Shown in pieces: positions 62,940 through 64,000 of a stretch of DNA of 64,000 nucleotides. A program made the position numbers and the translations under genes. Below the pieces are notes generated by a model. The model ran no database searches. It was not told the origin of the DNA and saw only the letters and a program-made list of their open reading frames with translations. The first letter of the stretch is position 1, and each line of letters begins with the position of its first letter. This stretch comes from Lama glama (taxonomy: Eukaryota). Location of the stretch: NCBI GenBank assembly GCA_028534125.1, contig CM052833.1, positions 18,228,001 through 18,292,000 on the forward strand, given 5' to 3'.

Positions 62940-63085
62940 TTTTCAGCCTCACAGAACTTAACAAGAGAGGAGATTGAAGCTGCAATGGGCTTGTTCCATT
63001 GATGCGGAAACGGGGGCCCAGAGAGGTTAAAATATTTTTCGTTGCCACACAGCAGCTGTTGTGATGTCCAGGCTGTGTTTAAAGT
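62940..63085 (-). mobile_element. MIR fragment, antisense
   Basis: gatgcggaaacgggggcccagagaggttaaaatatttttcgttgccacacagc. Confidence 0.6.
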
Positions 63086-64000
63086 GGGATGTATTTGCAT
63101 GTAGACCCTCAGTTGTACATTGTGATGACGCATTGGACTTTCTGCATCATCTCGAGCCAGAGTAAGGTCAGCAGTTTACAAACGTCATGATAGGAGAAAA
63201 GACACACACTTACTTTACTTTTGCAAAGGAAAGGGGAACTGAGGGAAAGGGGTGTTGCCTCCAACTCACATCCTTAGAAGGGAAGGCAGGTACTCTGTTC
63301 ACTTAAAGTATCTGAAATACTAGTTTTGTTTTCTTAAAATTACTCAAGTTCTTAAAATAATGTGGAGATCAATTTAAAAGTCAGGTGGGACAGAGAGGAA
63401 ATGACTTAAATATCTATTTTCCTTCCCTATGAGTTAATGTCTCCATTGTCCACGTTCTGTTATGTCTTTGGAAATAGTGTCTCTGGAGGTTCATTTTCCT
63501 TTCATTTATTTATCAGCTTATTTTTGGTGGCCCCGTCCAGCCGCCTGCAGCCGCGGCCACAGGGGGAGGGGCCTGGGCCCGTCCGGAAGAGCAGAGTACT
63601 GCTTGCTTTCTGCATCTGAGTGAGCATCTGGCAGAGCCTCCCAGCCCCGGGCTGTCTGTTTGCTTTCAGAGCGTGGCCGGTATTGTCTGATGCTGTGCTG
63701 GCTGCCTAAGAGACTCCTGCCCTCGTCAGTGGCTGATGACCCAGGCGCCCACAACAGTGCTCTCTTCTGTTGCCCGCGGGGCCTCTGAGCTGTTCCTAAT
63801 GGAGCGCTGGGAGTACCTGAGTGCCACGTGGTTCCCAGGGATGGAGAGAGAGCCAGAGGGCCCCACCTCACAGGGTGGGGTCTCCTTGGGCTGTGTCCCC
63901 TTGATAAAATAAAAATCACAACTTGACAAGTGGTGCGTCCGGAGGAGGCTTGGAGGAGTGGGCTCTGTACTGGGTCTCTGAGCCCCTCCAAGTGGGAGGG

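Noticed and set aside
16370-64000. Assigning a gene symbol to the host gene
   Set aside because: No coding exon or UTR matched any gene I can recall with confidence, so no symbol is given.

Overview
Mammalian genomic DNA, very probably camelid, judged from four tRNA-Ala-derived SINEs of the vic-1 type. There is no bacterial or phage content, no CRISPR array, no rRNA and no genuine tRNA gene. I could not recognise any protein-coding exon. The ORFs in the track are either stop-poor GC-rich frames or decayed transposon remnants (L1 ORF1/ORF2, hAT transposase). The main landmark is a ~1 kb CpG-island promoter at ~16.4-17.4 kb. It appears to start a + strand gene whose first intron(s) fill the rest of the window; the gene is not identifiable from this sequence. 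Two smaller promoter-like modules with strong splice donors lie at ~39.0-39.3 kb and ~60.0-60.3 kb. The remainder is old interspersed repeats (L1M, L2, MIR, MaLR LTRs, MER20, Charlie1), simple repeats, one assembly gap (25295-25541) and motif clusters that may be enhancers. I found no well-supported novel biological system. The most interesting leads are an exact 20-bp duplication of an ATG + splice-donor unit, a cluster of metal-response elements in the promoter plus an upstream minisatellite built from MRE cores, and a MaLR LTR nested inside a MER20. Repeat family names come from my recollection of consensus sequences, and repeat boundaries are approximate.
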